From: Lingula anatina
Lineage: Eukaryota > Animalia > Brachiopoda
Assembly (NCBI GenBank): GCA_051362555.1
Contig: CM120646.1
Location: 22,754,001-22,818,000, forward strand
DNA: 64,000 nucleotides
Direction: 5' to 3'
The position numbers were made by a program, and so were the translations under genes. Below are positions 12,537 to 25,859 of the stretch, piece by piece. Within the stretch, counting starts at the first letter, position 1; the number at the start of each line of letters is the position of its first letter. Below the pieces are notes generated by a model. The model was not told the DNA's origin and did not search any database. It saw nothing but the letters and a program-made list of their open reading frames with translations.

Positions 12537-14901
12537 AATACTGCCTGGCCGCTACTCACTAGATGGCGCCACACTGGGAAAACATTCTGAAAGAAAATGA
12601 TTAAAAGTTTATTCGGCTCTTGTACTGTATATTTTATATTATAATGTAATACATTAAAAATGGAAACTACATAATTTATCTTAGGATGCCACACTGAGAA
12701 AACATTCTGAAAACAAATAATAAAGGTTTATTCGGCTCTTGTACTATGTATTTTATATACTCACTCAACAGGGTATCGCAATTCTTAACCAGAACAATAT
12801 TGACTTATCTATAGCCTAGATTGTCTCATCCAAGTCACAGGTCAATAGATTGCCAGTATCTTGTATGCAATCAAAACAACAGTCTGTGTGCTGATCTGCA
12901 GATCATTGTGATCATGCTAACAGGCACCAAGTTCTGCCAGCACAATTCCACTGCCAAGTGGCAATGTGACATGCTTTATTCCATACTTATACATCAGGTA
13001 GAACTGATAAAAATGTACAATGATGTCAACATATATATATAATAAATAAAGACCATAATCACATAAATAGTTATGTGTGGGTATACAAGAGCATTTTATG
13101 ATCTATTGTCAGGATTTATCTACACGCTGAGTCTCTAGTCACAATGCATGGGGGCCTCACACAGACATTAAAAAATATATAGATAAGATAGCACTCTGAT
13201 AGCATTACATATATATATGCTTATTCACTATGCAAATAAATGTAAACAACTTCACTTCATGAGTTTTAATATACAGATCATTCAGTTTTCCCTTGTATTA
13301 CTTTGACAACTGACCATTTCCTTCATGGAATTCTGTCCTCATCTTGCTGACAACTCCTGTCCTTTTTCATGCACTAGAATATGACATCACTCATGCTAGT
13401 TACGATCAGGACTAAAGCACTTAGTAAATATAGAAACCAAAAGGGTTTAAGAGGCTTATCTATGATGCTCTTCAGATGACCACATATTTCCAAGTTCAAT
13501 ATACTGGCACATGGACAAAGATGTGTTGTTGTTGTTTAAACCTCATGTGATTGATTTATTTCTGTTATCCTTTGCAAGCACCCTCCTTCTTTTTAAATAT
13601 ACCCCCCCCCCCAAAAAAAAATAAGTCCATCTTTCTACAAGAAAAGTCTTGCCCATCTATCTTTAAAAATCACATACGAGGCAACATTTTTGTCAAATTA
13701 GATTTTTTCCATTGATACGCCTGTACATCTAGAAGCGATTCAAAATTCTTTTTAATTCTTACTTTGTGAAATGATCACCGGACCATTCACTGCTAGTTTA
13801 AGAGTTTTTTAAAAAAACTTTTAAAACAGGGTACAAGAAAAGACATCTTACGTAACCATGTCCGGTTTATCAATATGACATGTCTCAGTCAGGTTTTCTT
13901 TAGGAAAATCAATGATGCTAGACAAGATAACCACAGAGCTGCAACGTTCAAGTTGCGGTTGAGATTGTGAACATACAATGTAAGTCAACATGACAGCTCC
14001 CAGTCTCACAATTTAGAATAAAGCAAGTGGGATTTTGCTGGATTTCGAAAGAAAAAAATAGCAGCCTAGTGAGTATATTCAGCTATATTCACCCAACTGG
14101 GGTCAAAGTAATCTAAATTACTGACATACCTAGAAGAAATAAAATCTCTCATCTAAATTCCATCCTTGTCTATCTGAGACCTCCTAACCTTTCATTCCCA
14201 TTCACCCAGTCATCCAAGGAAAATGCCCAAAATATTCCCATATCTGATTGCCCAGTACCCATCACCTTAGATTCACACAATCTTGATGATTCACTGAGCA
14301 TCCAACCATATTTGGGGCTTCTTTTTCAGTTTGAATCAAAATAAAAACCACCCCCGCCTACACTCCCTAACTAAGTCACCTCTGGTCCCTCCCACCCCAT
14401 GTGTATCACTCACCTAAATAACAATGTATGTAATGTAACATGACACACAGTAGCTGTATGCTACATTACAGCACAATGCACTGTGACATCACATACCTTA
14501 CATACCCTTTTAGATGTTAGCATCATCTTCTTGGAATTGAAAATTGAGACAGAGGGGCAAGTTTTGGGATCAGAGGATTTGTCCATGCTGTCATTGGGAA
14601 GTTTTAGTGTGTGAAAAGTGTTTTTTTTTTTTTTAATTCACATTGCCCACTGTACAGTGGTTTACACTGATAAAATTTTCAAAAAATATATGTGCATCAA
14701 TGAAAACTGCAAATTATTTGCCAAAGGCAAAAACTAAAAGGTCAATATAAGAAAGAGAGCAGAAAGGATTAACATTTGTATTATTCGTAAACGATTATTA
14801 TTAACTAGTTTTTGTAATAGACACAAAGGCCTCCAATACAAAGAAATAAACTTACAAGCAACATGTAGGGCAATAAGCCACCCCCACCCTTCAGTTACTA
14901 A

Positions 14902-15116
14902 GGCTGTATTCCCAGAGCTTTTAGACTGATCTATCCCCGCGGGGAGTCTCACTAGATTACTTTCAGATAATCCGGCTTAAATGTCCGTCCCGCCTACTAC
15001 AAGCTGTAAGGGGGTAATTAACTTTCGTGTCCATCTGGCTGACAGCTATTTAGCGTGAACCCCCGGGGAGTTAGGTCGATCTAAAGTAGATCGATCTAAT
15101 CTCTGGAAATGGGGTC
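14902..15116 (+). mobile_element. MITE family A (about 215 bp, PIF/Harbinger-Tourist-like)
   Basis: Imperfect TIRs with a TAGATCGATCTA subterminal palindrome and a 3-bp TSD TAA on both sides. Five copies in the window. Confidence 0.85.
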
Positions 15117-15141
15117 TAAGGCATTGTTACTGAGAAAGGAC

Positions 15142-15470
15142 ACATTCAGAACAAGTAGTTCCCGCCTCAGACTAACAGATCTATCGATCAAATATGGCTG
15201 ACCTGGGCCTCGTAACTCAAAAGCATCGTGTAAATTGCGAATAGCAATATCACATAAAGGCTACAATGTATTATATGGGACGAGTATGGATGAGTTATGG
15301 AATCAAGACCCTTGCGCTTGGTCACAATGTGCAATGCTCTCGAGTTACAGGGCCCTGCTTGAAAGCTTACTATTTAATCCTCTAACAGATACTCAATAGA
15401 TTCCCCGTGGGGATAACCTGGTAAGCTTTCAAGTGGGTCGGCCATATTTGATCCATGTATCTTGTCTCTG
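15142..15470 (+). mobile_element. MITE family B-related copy interrupted by a nested MITE
   Basis: Family-B core ATCAAATATGGCTGACC...TTCAAGTGGGTCGGCCATATTTGA, split by an insertion at 15206-15354. Confidence 0.7.
15206..15354. mobile_element. Nested MITE with 3-bp TSD (CTG)
   Basis: Imperfect TIRs GGCCTCGTAACTCAAAAGCAT / ATGCTCTCGAGTTACAGGGCC, flanked by CTG direct repeats. Confidence 0.75.
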
Positions 15471-17645
15471 ATGTACCGAGTTCAAATGCCGTATATAATA
15501 TGTACATATGGGCAATGCAGGTTACTGTATAATATGCAAGTCGGGTTATGTACACATTCGATAATTTTCATCATAATGACATTTGGAAATTGACCCCAAG
15601 TTGGAATATTCTAGGCTCACTACTGCATCTATTAATCTAGATGCTATGTACAAATATTTCAATATGACCAAAGAAAAAGAAAGCGTTTTAACATTAAGAA
15701 CCAAATTTATGATTGATTTCATTCTAATTCTTAAAAATCATCCAACCAAAGGTCCTATTTCATTATTTATCCCAATATAATCACACACTTTCTCGCATCT
15801 GACTTGTAATCCAATAGTTGACTTGGCAAAAATCATCCAACCATTTGGTTGAAATAATTTTTTATCTTAAAGTAAGCCTATACTTTTATTACCTATAATT
15901 CATCTCTATTTCGCTTTTAAAGGCCAAACTGCCTTTACTCTTCTTTTACTTCATGCAGCCTTAATTATACCTGCACTTTACTTCATAAAATACAAGATTT
16001 CCAAATATCCTGTGACCACTTTGATGCCATGTTTTATTTTACCTCAGTCGAACTTTACATACACGTTTTCACACACAAGAACCGTTTCCCTGCCCAAGTT
16101 CAAACTAAGACCATTTCGACTTTCTGATTATATATTATATTTAATTCAGGTAATATTTCAACTGTCAAAGATGGATCAAATTCCTTATCTGACTGCCTAC
16201 TATATAATATTAACTTGTACTAGTATAGTCATGTCTGAATAGAGTTTACATCATGTAACACTGTCTTAAAATGGCCTTTTCTCGAGATAAACAAACCCAA
16301 TAAAAAAAACAAAAACAAAACAAAACATAAAAAAACAGAGTAAATCTGAGCCTATAATAATAATCTGGCGTGACTCCAGGTGTAGTCGAATTTCCAATAA
16401 AACTAGGCAGTCTTATCTCAGTATGGCAGGGAAGTGGATCTAATAGCCAGAATCTTATCACAGTTTACCACTGCCAGAGGATATTGTGTACCAGACAAAG
16501 AGGGGTGGATTTACTGACTGCATGAACCCAACCCCAGCCTGAGATGAACTGTGTAGAGTAGGGCCGACCTATCACAACTGGAAACATGCTTTAGCCTTGA
16601 AAACTGGGCTGTTTTGAACCTGTCTGCCACAAACACGCTGTAGTACTAGTAGCTTCAAAGTCTTGACTCACCTACCAGTAGAAATAAAAACACAGATAAT
16701 GACTTTGCCATGTAGTTTCACTCACAAACAGAGGAGAATTTTGATATCAACCTACAATAGTACGGTATGGTAGTTTACCAGCATCTGCTTTGCCACATTT
16801 GAAAATATATCTGACATGAATCAAGTAGACTTGATGCTGGGTCTCACATCTCAGAAACATTCAGCAAACTCTTAAAGCCAAAACGCTAACCAAGTGTTGT
16901 TTCTTCTTTCTTTATTCTATTGTCCTAAAACTGATATCTGAATACACCAATTCTTACTTGTTCTGACCGTTCTCCATCCACCGAAATGATGATGTATTTT
17001 CCTGTCGTCAGTTTAGCACATTTCACTGAGAAAATCCTCCATAAAACACACTAAGGATGATAGTTTTGATCTGCAGGTAAACAGTCAATTTTTTTGGTTC
17101 AGCCAGACCCCTGACAGGTCAGTCTTTGTTCTGCTCTGTATGGAATTTCACGCCCGAATCACACCCTTGTACGAGAGATGTACATAAAAAAATCTTTTGC
17201 CCAGACCATTCACTATTCCTTGTCAATTAATAACTCATTTCACCTACACTTTAAACAATATAAAATACTGAATACAATTTTTCATGAAATACAATCAACA
17301 TACTAGTAATTCATGCACTTTATCATGCAGGCTTATTCATGAACATAGAAGTGATTTTAGCTATCTGAGGTACATAAAATATTTATCATTTATACCACAT
17401 GGGTGCTAGTGTGTGTGTGTAACAGTGGTGTGTACTTGTATGTGTATTTCAGGGGTTAAAAATGTCAATATTGCCATTTTTAAATTGTATTATTTTCTTT
17501 TTTTTTTTTCGTTATGGAATGGAAAAAATCAAATGCAGGCGATGTTTATGTAACAGACTCTGAGGCCTAAGATTGCCCTATTCATGCCCTATTCCATTAC
17601 TATTTGATTTTAAGATCTTATAAAATATAAAAATTAGGATATGAA

Positions 17646-17877
17646 CTGGTACTTACCTGTTAACTCATAGTTGTCTAATCCAGACTGGAAATAACAGCAG
17701 GACTGACTGGTACTTACCTGTTAACTTATAGTTGTCTAATCCAGACTGGAAATAACAGCAGGACTGACTGGTACTTACCTGTTAACTCATAGTTGTCTAA
17801 TCCAGACTGGAAATAACAGCAGGATTGACTAGTACTTACCTGTTAACTCACAGTTGTCTAATCCAGGCTGGAAATAA
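17646..17877 (-). repeat. 61-bp tandem repeat, about 3.8 copies, each resembling a 28-nt micro-exon with acceptor and donor
   Basis: Unit starts 17646, 17707, 17768, 17829. Minus strand reads tttccag|TCTGGATTAGACAACTATGAGTTAACAG|gtaagt. Confidence 0.9.
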
Positions 17878-18404
17878 AAATTCACTGTCTCTCTATTTAT
17901 GTACAGAAACAGTTAAGTTCATTCAACATACAGTTCCCTAGTAAATGAGTTATCAAATTGATCTAAAATTCAATTACTAATCTTGTAACACAGTCTGAGA
18001 GTGCTATATCTGGATACAATTGAATTTATGTCTTTGGGTAAAATATATATATATGATTACGCAATTGATTTGTCCAACATGAACAGGATATTCATCTGGA
18101 ATTCTTGGTATTTAAATTCCCCATACAGGACAAGACCGACACACAAATCTCCATAATCATAATACAGTAAGCCAATGATTCGAGTAAACCAATGATAAAA
18201 ATATGAGCCGGCCCCAAGATGCTTTTCCGATTCCAAAGTTTACGTCATATGTATTCTCCTTTTACATCAATACTATACATACTCCGGAATCATTACCTAT
18301 GTCTAGACCATATTCCTTCCTAGTTAAAACTAAGAACCTTTTCACATTGAGTGGGCAGTAACTAAGTATTATACACTTTTGCCACAGTAGCTCTGTTGAA
18401 GAGC

Positions 18405-18800
18405 ACATTTAGAACAGTGGACTAACAAATCTGTGGATCAAATACGACGATCACTAAAAAGCTTGCCATTTAATTCCTGATTAGACACTGAATAGATTCC
18501 CTGCAGGTATTTACACATCAAGCATTCAAGTGGGTCGGCCATATTTGGTCCGCGGATCTGTTAGGGTCTGTTCCCACAACTTTAGATCGATCTATCACCG
18601 CGGGGAGTCTCACCAGACTACCGTCAGATAATCCCCCATAAGTGTCCGTCCCTGCCCACTACAAGCCGTAAGGGGCAATTAGCTTTCGTGTCCGCCCGGC
18701 TGACAGCTATTCAGCGCGAACCCCCAGGGAGTTAGGTCGATCCAAAGTAGGTCGATCTAATCTATGGAAATGGGGTGTTAGTCTGCTGTTCTGAATACCC
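18405..18800 (+). mobile_element. MITE family B-related copy with family A inserted in its right end
   Basis: The left end AGAACAGTGGACTAAC pairs imperfectly with the right end TTAGTCTGCTGTTCT, which resumes after 18777. Confidence 0.7.
18564..18777 (+). mobile_element. MITE family A copy (nested)
   Basis: Homologous to 14902-15116. TSD TTA. Confidence 0.85.
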
Positions 18801-19386
18801 TCAAAGAGCCTCTCAAACAGCCAGGCAACCTCTGATCTATTATATTCACTTGGTTCATCTTTTAAAACTTGCTATTTGCTGAATATGACTCCCTTTTTAA
18901 TAATCTGATCATTACTCATCATTTGATATCAACTCACACATGATCATAGCTAAATTCTCTAGCCTATACCAAAGTACAGACCTACGGATTCCAATTTTAA
19001 ATGCTATGATATCATATCATATCATATCACTCCCCCCTTCCCCCCCTTCTGAATGGCAGATAAGAACAAAATGCCCTATGTTGCTGATATGGACACATGA
19101 CACTTATAAATCACAGTTTATTGGACTGATAGGGTGTCTAGCAGGATGACCTTGTACCTCTTGATACCTAAATCTAAACACAGACATGAAAGCCATATCT
19201 TAACCTTTGACATATTTGTCTGCTAATAAAATCTTTATGTTTACTCCCCTTATTCTCACTTGAGAGATCTTTCAAGTAAGAAAGAAGGCTGAAAAAAAAA
19301 ACGGCTCAGGGTTGGCGATCCACAAAATAGAATACAAAAGTGAAACCTAATAATTAGAAACACATTCTGAAACAGTGATGTTTTTA

Positions 19387-19557
19387 CAGGGGCAGAATGA
19401 AGCAGTCTTCTAGGTCTTCGGGAAGATAGTTAAATCTTTTTGGCTTCACATAGGCCGGCATCTTATTTTTTCTGTAAGAAGACAGTCATAAATGGAGGAT
19501 GGATCAATGAAGGAAAATTTAGAAGACTGTCAGAAAATATCTCTGGAACCGCCCCTG
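19387..19557 (-). mobile_element. Non-autonomous DNA element family D (CAGGGGC termini)
   Basis: TIR CAGGGGC...GCCCCTG. Reverse-orientation homolog at 26928-27087. Confidence 0.7.
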
Positions 19558-19672
19558 TTTTAACACCCATCCCCATCTGTCCTGTCCCACACCTCACATG
19601 GTGATAACATCCACTTATTTTGAAACCATTCTTGCCTGTTGCTACCCAGTACAAACCACTTGTACTCTCTAC

Positions 19673-19886
19673 GACCCCATTCCCAGAGATTAGATCGATC
19701 TACTTTAGATCGACCTAACTCCCTAAGGGTTCACACTAAATAGCTGTCAGCCGAGCGGGCACGAAAGTTAATTACCCCCTTACAGCTTGTAGTAGGCGGG
19801 ACGGACATTTTAGCCAGATTATCTGACAGTAATCTAGTGAGACTCCCCGCGGGATAGATCGATCTAAAAGCTCTGGGAATACGCCC
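19673..19886 (-). mobile_element. MITE family A copy
   Basis: Reverse complement of 14902-15116. TSD TAC. Confidence 0.88.
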
Positions 19887-20070
19887 TACATCACCCTGTC
19901 TCTCAACTACCTGAATTCATGCCTAGACATTATGTTGGCCATTATATTATGGTCCCATCATTCTACGATTTCCCACATTCCAGATGCATTTTCCTAGCAA
20001 GCTGATATATTACAATCTGTACATTATTCACCAGTTCATAACCCTAACAAGGAATGCTATGTCTCCTCCT

Positions 20071-20192
20071 GGCATTGAATAGAATACTCAGTACAGAAAA
20101 GCTGGTGATTTATTGGAGAATGCTGGAAACAAGAAAAGGCGTGTTAATCTGTTAAGCTGATTGTATTCAGTGAAAGTCCCTGTGGAGTTGGA
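20071..20192 (-). mobile_element. Dispersed repeat family C copy
   Basis: Reverse-complement similarity to the 10012-10165 and 27157-27345 copies. Confidence 0.55.
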
Positions 20193-20391
20193 TCGATCTA
20201 TGTAGAATGGTGGTTTCAATGGGAATGCGCCCTAACAAGGAGTGCACTGACCACACCACTACAGGTGTCATTACAGGCCAGCTGGAAGTGTTTTAACATT
20301 AAAATATCTTGCTCTCTGCCAGACTTCGTTTTCTGTTTCAGTTTATATGAACAGCCAAAAAACTGGCACTAACCTGCTCCATAAAAAAAAA

Positions 20392-20394
20392 TAA

Positions 20395-20479
<85 letters not shown>

Positions 20480-20494
20480 AATAAAATAAAATAA
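20392..20494. repeat. (TAAA)n microsatellite
   Basis: Directly visible. Similar tract at about 31352-31428. Confidence 0.9.
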
Positions 20495-22505
20495 TATCAA
20501 GAATAATTAAGATAGTGTTGTCTTGGTGATACACCAATTCTCTGATGTGCCAATACCAAGTTTTATGCAGAGAAAACTATTGAATCCAAGGTCCAAATGT
20601 CAATAAAATGACATTTTCAAAGAGCAATTATCAGTTATGGATTCTGTATATAAACCAAACCATTTTACAAACAATCCTCAGACTCCTGTGAATTCATACA
20701 TACACTATCTTTACGACCAGACAACATGCAACACACATATTTCTACCACTTCAACCTACTATTAAAATATATACCATGTCTTGTGTATTATGTAATCAAA
20801 GTGACACCTATATGTGGTAAAACACCCATCAAACTGACATGTATCAAGATGTGACCCAAACAACATACTAGTAACATGTTCAAATACATGGGGGTGAATG
20901 GGGGGGGGGGGGTGATTTATCACATACATTATACTGTAAACTGGCTGACAACCATTATGAATTCTGACCATGGACCAAGGCTGTCTTCTCAGCCATCTTC
21001 CACAAAGTGTTTATCTCAGCTTCCAGCTTCCTCTCCATCTGCTCCTTCATGAATTCTAATCCAAAGCGTGATTTCCCAGTGCCACAAAATCCAATAAAGC
21101 TCTTCCACACAGACAATGAGGGGACGGCTGCAGGTATTGATTTATAATTAGGTGTTGTGGCGAGTTTTGACAGTGCCATTTAGGATCGTTTAAACTGTTT
21201 AGGGCGGCTATTATCATGGTGAGTCACGGATCAATATATATAGGGGATCATTGACTTCTCAAATAGATCTACTTAAAATGAAATGCCTAATACACTTAGC
21301 TCATGTACTTCAGTCAACACTATAAAAGAAGAGGAAAAAAAAAAAAAGAAATTCGATTTCTGAAGTGTCAGACCGCACTCCCAGTGAAGCTGTAGCTATG
21401 GTTAGACAGTTAACCACATACAGTATCCTATTGAGAGAGTATGCATAAACCTTGGCTGTCACAACTGGACTGGAAATTTCATCTTTACATGAATAAAAAG
21501 GACAAAACACATGCTATCATAAGCTGGTTATTTTTCATAACTTCATAATTAAACTGATAATACAAAGTAGATTTATTTTTTAAATTTTTGATAATTACAT
21601 GTTCTACAATGAACCATCCTTAACCACAGCTGGTGTATTCTATGTTCTCCTTTTCTCTGCACAGGACCATAGGAAGTGGTCAGTAAATTGGCTAGTGATG
21701 TGGTCAGTTTGTCCCACTTTGACAGTAATTTTAAAACCTCAGTCTCATATCTTATCTTATGAAATAATCTGCAATTCCTAAATACGTATGGTCATACTTC
21801 AAGTGGGATTACATTCACATTCATATAGCACTAGTCAGTGCACTCATATATTTATACTCGTAATTCATTTTTCATGAAAACAAAAGATATGACACTAGAT
21901 GATGGAATCAATGTCAAAGAGAACCCTATGACTTTATATCGTTGACTATGCAACATACGATAACTCTAAGCATGAACAGGCTTCACGAAGCCAGCAAAGT
22001 TAATAATTATTATTATGTGCAGTACCGTCACTAAACTTACTGCTGCACTTATCACACATAGTAAAAACTACGACTTATAGTGGCTTGGTTGTGGAACAAG
22101 ACAAGAATTTATCAGTCAATAACAGTTACGAGACTACTAGTACCTTGTTTTCTCTCTGCTGTAATATTGGCACCATGACACCGTAAGAGTGCAGTAAGAG
22201 GCGGGAACCTTGTCACTGGGAGTAAATCTGACCAAGCACCCAATGAAAAGCACATTTACACACAGAATGAAGAGCTGCGATTCCTACGAACCTGGGCCGT
22301 GCCTTAGAAATAATGTCCACCTACGGTTTCTGCACATCACGCTGGGTGGGAAATATCTCACAGTTACAGGCTAGTAATTTCCCAGCTTGGACAAGACAAG
22401 TGGAGTCTTACTGTCCCTTAGGGCTAGTCATATTTTGTCTACAAGTGTGATACAGTGTGGATGTATGCATATATATGTTGGCATGTCAGCAAGCAAACAA
22501 AACAA

Positions 22506-22680
22506 GGGCCCCATTCAGAATAGGGGACTAACTAGTCCGAGGGTCAAATATGGCGACTCACTGCAAAACTTGCCATCTAATCTGCTAATAGACACTGAAT
22601 AGATATCCAGTGGGAAAGTATTCAAGTGGGTCAGCCATATTTAACCCTCGGACTAGTTAGTCCCCTATTCTGAATGGGGG
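22506..22680 (+). mobile_element. MITE family B (about 175 bp, long TIRs)
   Basis: CCCCATTCAGAATAGGGGACTAACTAGTCCGAGGG pairs with CCCTCGGACTAGTTAGTCCCCTATTCTGAATGGGG. Close homolog at 43201-43372. Confidence 0.88.
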
Positions 22681-23917
22681 CAAACACTTGTGTGAATTAA
22701 GACACAGACTTGCTGGAAATGTCGTTTTGCAGAGCATGGTGTACCCAGCTTCTGTACAGCTATCGTGGAATTTAAATTCATGAAAGATCAGTAAACATTC
22801 CAACTTCACAATTCTAGGGCCAGCAGATCTTGAAACTGATTAAACTGAAAAAAACTGAAATCCATTCCTAAATCTGTGACAATATATACAAACTGCCCCT
22901 ATTTCCACACATTCACTATTCAGTATATCCATAAAAAGGATTTATTCCTTCAAATACTCCAACAAGAGTTTCCAATTTCTGAGTGTAAACTTTCCTTCCC
23001 CGGACCCTGGTTACAAATACACAGGTCAGTATTAAGTCTTGACCCAATTTGTTTATGTCTACCTGTATAGGGCAGTGGTCTTTATTCTCTCAAACAATAC
23101 ACCGTGTGAATAGTAACTAGACCAAGAATTACTAAATCAATAACAATATTGTTCCTGCTACCTGGTAACTAGAGGGGGCAGGAGACAGCCCTAATACCTT
23201 GATGTAAAGTTCAAGTTTATGAAAGTAGTCTACGGGCAGAAGGAAGTACTAGAACAATAAAGATACCTATATGTTGAGCACAGTGATTTATTACGTCTAA
23301 ATTCAGGTTGCAATATTGCTTCATTGTCTTAATGGCTATAAAAATACCTGGTATGGCATATTTCTGATTTAATACATGTATCAAATTTATGGTACTCCTG
23401 TATCAGCCGTTTTTGGCTTGATGATAAGAAATATTTGATTAATGAAAAATAATACAATGTTGTCATCATAGTAATTATTGGCAGCTGAAGTAATCAGTGA
23501 TCATAACTGCAAGATTTGACCACATAAAAAATTAAAACAAATTGGAAAATTCCCAAACATCTGACTCGTTCTCAAAACGACTGCCTTGTAATTGACCATC
23601 TCAGAAATAACTGATCTACGTATTAAAACCACAAACCCGGATTCTCTGAATGAACACAAGCAACTCATACATTTTTCATAATATGTATCACCTTGGGTTA
23701 TGTAATTCCTTCTGGTTGATGTAGTAAGACAGTCTAACGCAGACACATAATCTGGATCAAGTCAGACTTGCTGGCAAACAGTGACTAAAATATAGCACAC
23801 AATAATATGATGGTTCACAATAAATAATTCTCATTTTCAACCTTCATTCTGGTATTTATTAAGTGTAGTTTTTGACAATGATGGTCTGTATTCAGTCAGC
23901 ATAGAGAGAGCCATCAG

Positions 23918-23952
<35 letters not shown>

Positions 23953-25859
23953 TTACATGTATGCGCTCTTCTGTTTCTAGTTACTAGTAATATAATTTCC
24001 ATCCTGAATTAAACTACCACCTTGACTCACTAGCTTACTGCTAGATCTACATATGGTCTCCATCCCCCCTACCCCAGCTGTCTAGAGACACACAGATCTA
24101 TACAAAACATAATGGGATTGTACTTATGTCTCTGGTGGGTTGATAATGACATTTATGGGATGACAGGGCTCATCTCGCGTCCAGTCAGAAATGACTTGCT
24201 TCTCAGTGTACTCTCAACAAGATCATCTCCACAGACATCATTTATCTTTCTGTGTTGTTCTGAAGTCAGTGGAGACCAATTTTAGCACATAGAATAGACA
24301 GACTTTGCTCCCGGAAACATTTGTTTTTCCTATTTTTATCTTTTATTGATAACCGCTTTGTGTTCTGTTAGAAAAAAAGGTGACAAAATTCTGCAGTGGC
24401 TACTCGATAAAAAAAAGGTACTTTATGTTGCCAGTTCAGGGAAGATTTGATATCATATCGTTAGTATTCATTATCAAAAGAATCAGGCCCTCTGTGATAA
24501 AAAAGTGCTTATCCACCTTGATCTTAACACAATTATTGGGGCTCTATCACCTCTTTATGGTAATATCAGTGTGACTGGCAAATAAAATTAACTGGGTTCA
24601 AGTTAAACGTGACAAGGTTAACTTCATATAGATTTCTCTTATCTGAATGAATGGAAATCAGCTGTTATCTACACAGAAGCTTTACACCATGCCTCTGTAA
24701 AAAGATATGAGTTGTTTTTATTTATATTGAGCAGGCGGCACCATTTGGCTGACAGCCTTTGTAGACATAAAAATACTTCACATACTTCTAAATGAACAGT
24801 AACTGAGGGTCGTCTGGTTATAGATGTACACAGACATAAAATTTACCAAACAGGTGAACATAACATGTTTATCTGGAGGCATACAGCCGATACATATACA
24901 AATCCATACAAATACTAATCATCAATATAATCAAAAAGAGAAACTGATTATTTGTAGGTAAGTTTCTCTTTAATATATCAATACAAAATAAAACATGATA
25001 AATATTTCCTGAAATGAAAAGTGTACACCATATAACCTGCTACTGCTAATTGATTAAACAGGGGTACAGGTCACCAACTCATGACGCCTCATTGATAAAT
25101 CAATAATTAATTCATTCTTAAGCAGCTCTAGGTAATTTGTTATTGGAGGTCAAAGACACAAATAAATCTGCCAAATTCTAGCACACACACTGGTCTTTTT
25201 AAATCATTTAAATTTTCACAAACTCTCATGTGCTGCTTAAAAACAGTGAAAGCTAAGACTTCAATAGAGGGAAAGGATGTTCATGATTCAGTGCCCTTCA
25301 TATTCTAGCATGACACATGAACATACACAAAAATATGAGTGAGATGTCATGGTTATTCATATTTCTGACCAAAATAAATCCTCATTTTTAGAAAAAACTT
25401 TCAGAGTCCATTAGGAGTATATGTATTTTTAGAACTCGCCCTAAGTATAATAAATCACGGTCAGTGTTAAATCATTTCTGACAGATGGAAGCTGAAAAAG
25501 TTTTACAACCAGAAGAGACGGTCTTATTTTTAATTTGAACATAAAAATAAATGAAAAGTTACTCACTTAACATAAAATCCTCTCTGAAATAACCACACGA
25601 TATACAATGAGAATGGAAAAGGGGTGGAGAAGTAAAGTAATCGCCATGAATCATTTAGACTCTTACTCTGAGGGAGGGAATGGCATGGCGCGTTTGCTTC
25701 TCATTTACCGGGGAGTGGTTTTAATTTTCACAAAAGATATGGCGATATTTTGTCGCTGCAAAAATAAATACTGAAACTTACGGTATTACAGCAGTCTCAA
25801 TAACAAATTCTCTAAGTTCCTGTTGATAAAAAGTATTAAAATGAGATTAGCTTCTAAAA

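Noticed and set aside
17650-17660. TACTTACCTG resembling the U1 snRNA 5' end
   Set aside because: It is simply the reverse complement of a consensus donor; no U1 body follows.
22387-22602. ORF sharing [15 protein letters not shown] with ORF 43009-43296
   Set aside because: The shared peptide comes from MITE family B sequence, not a protein family.
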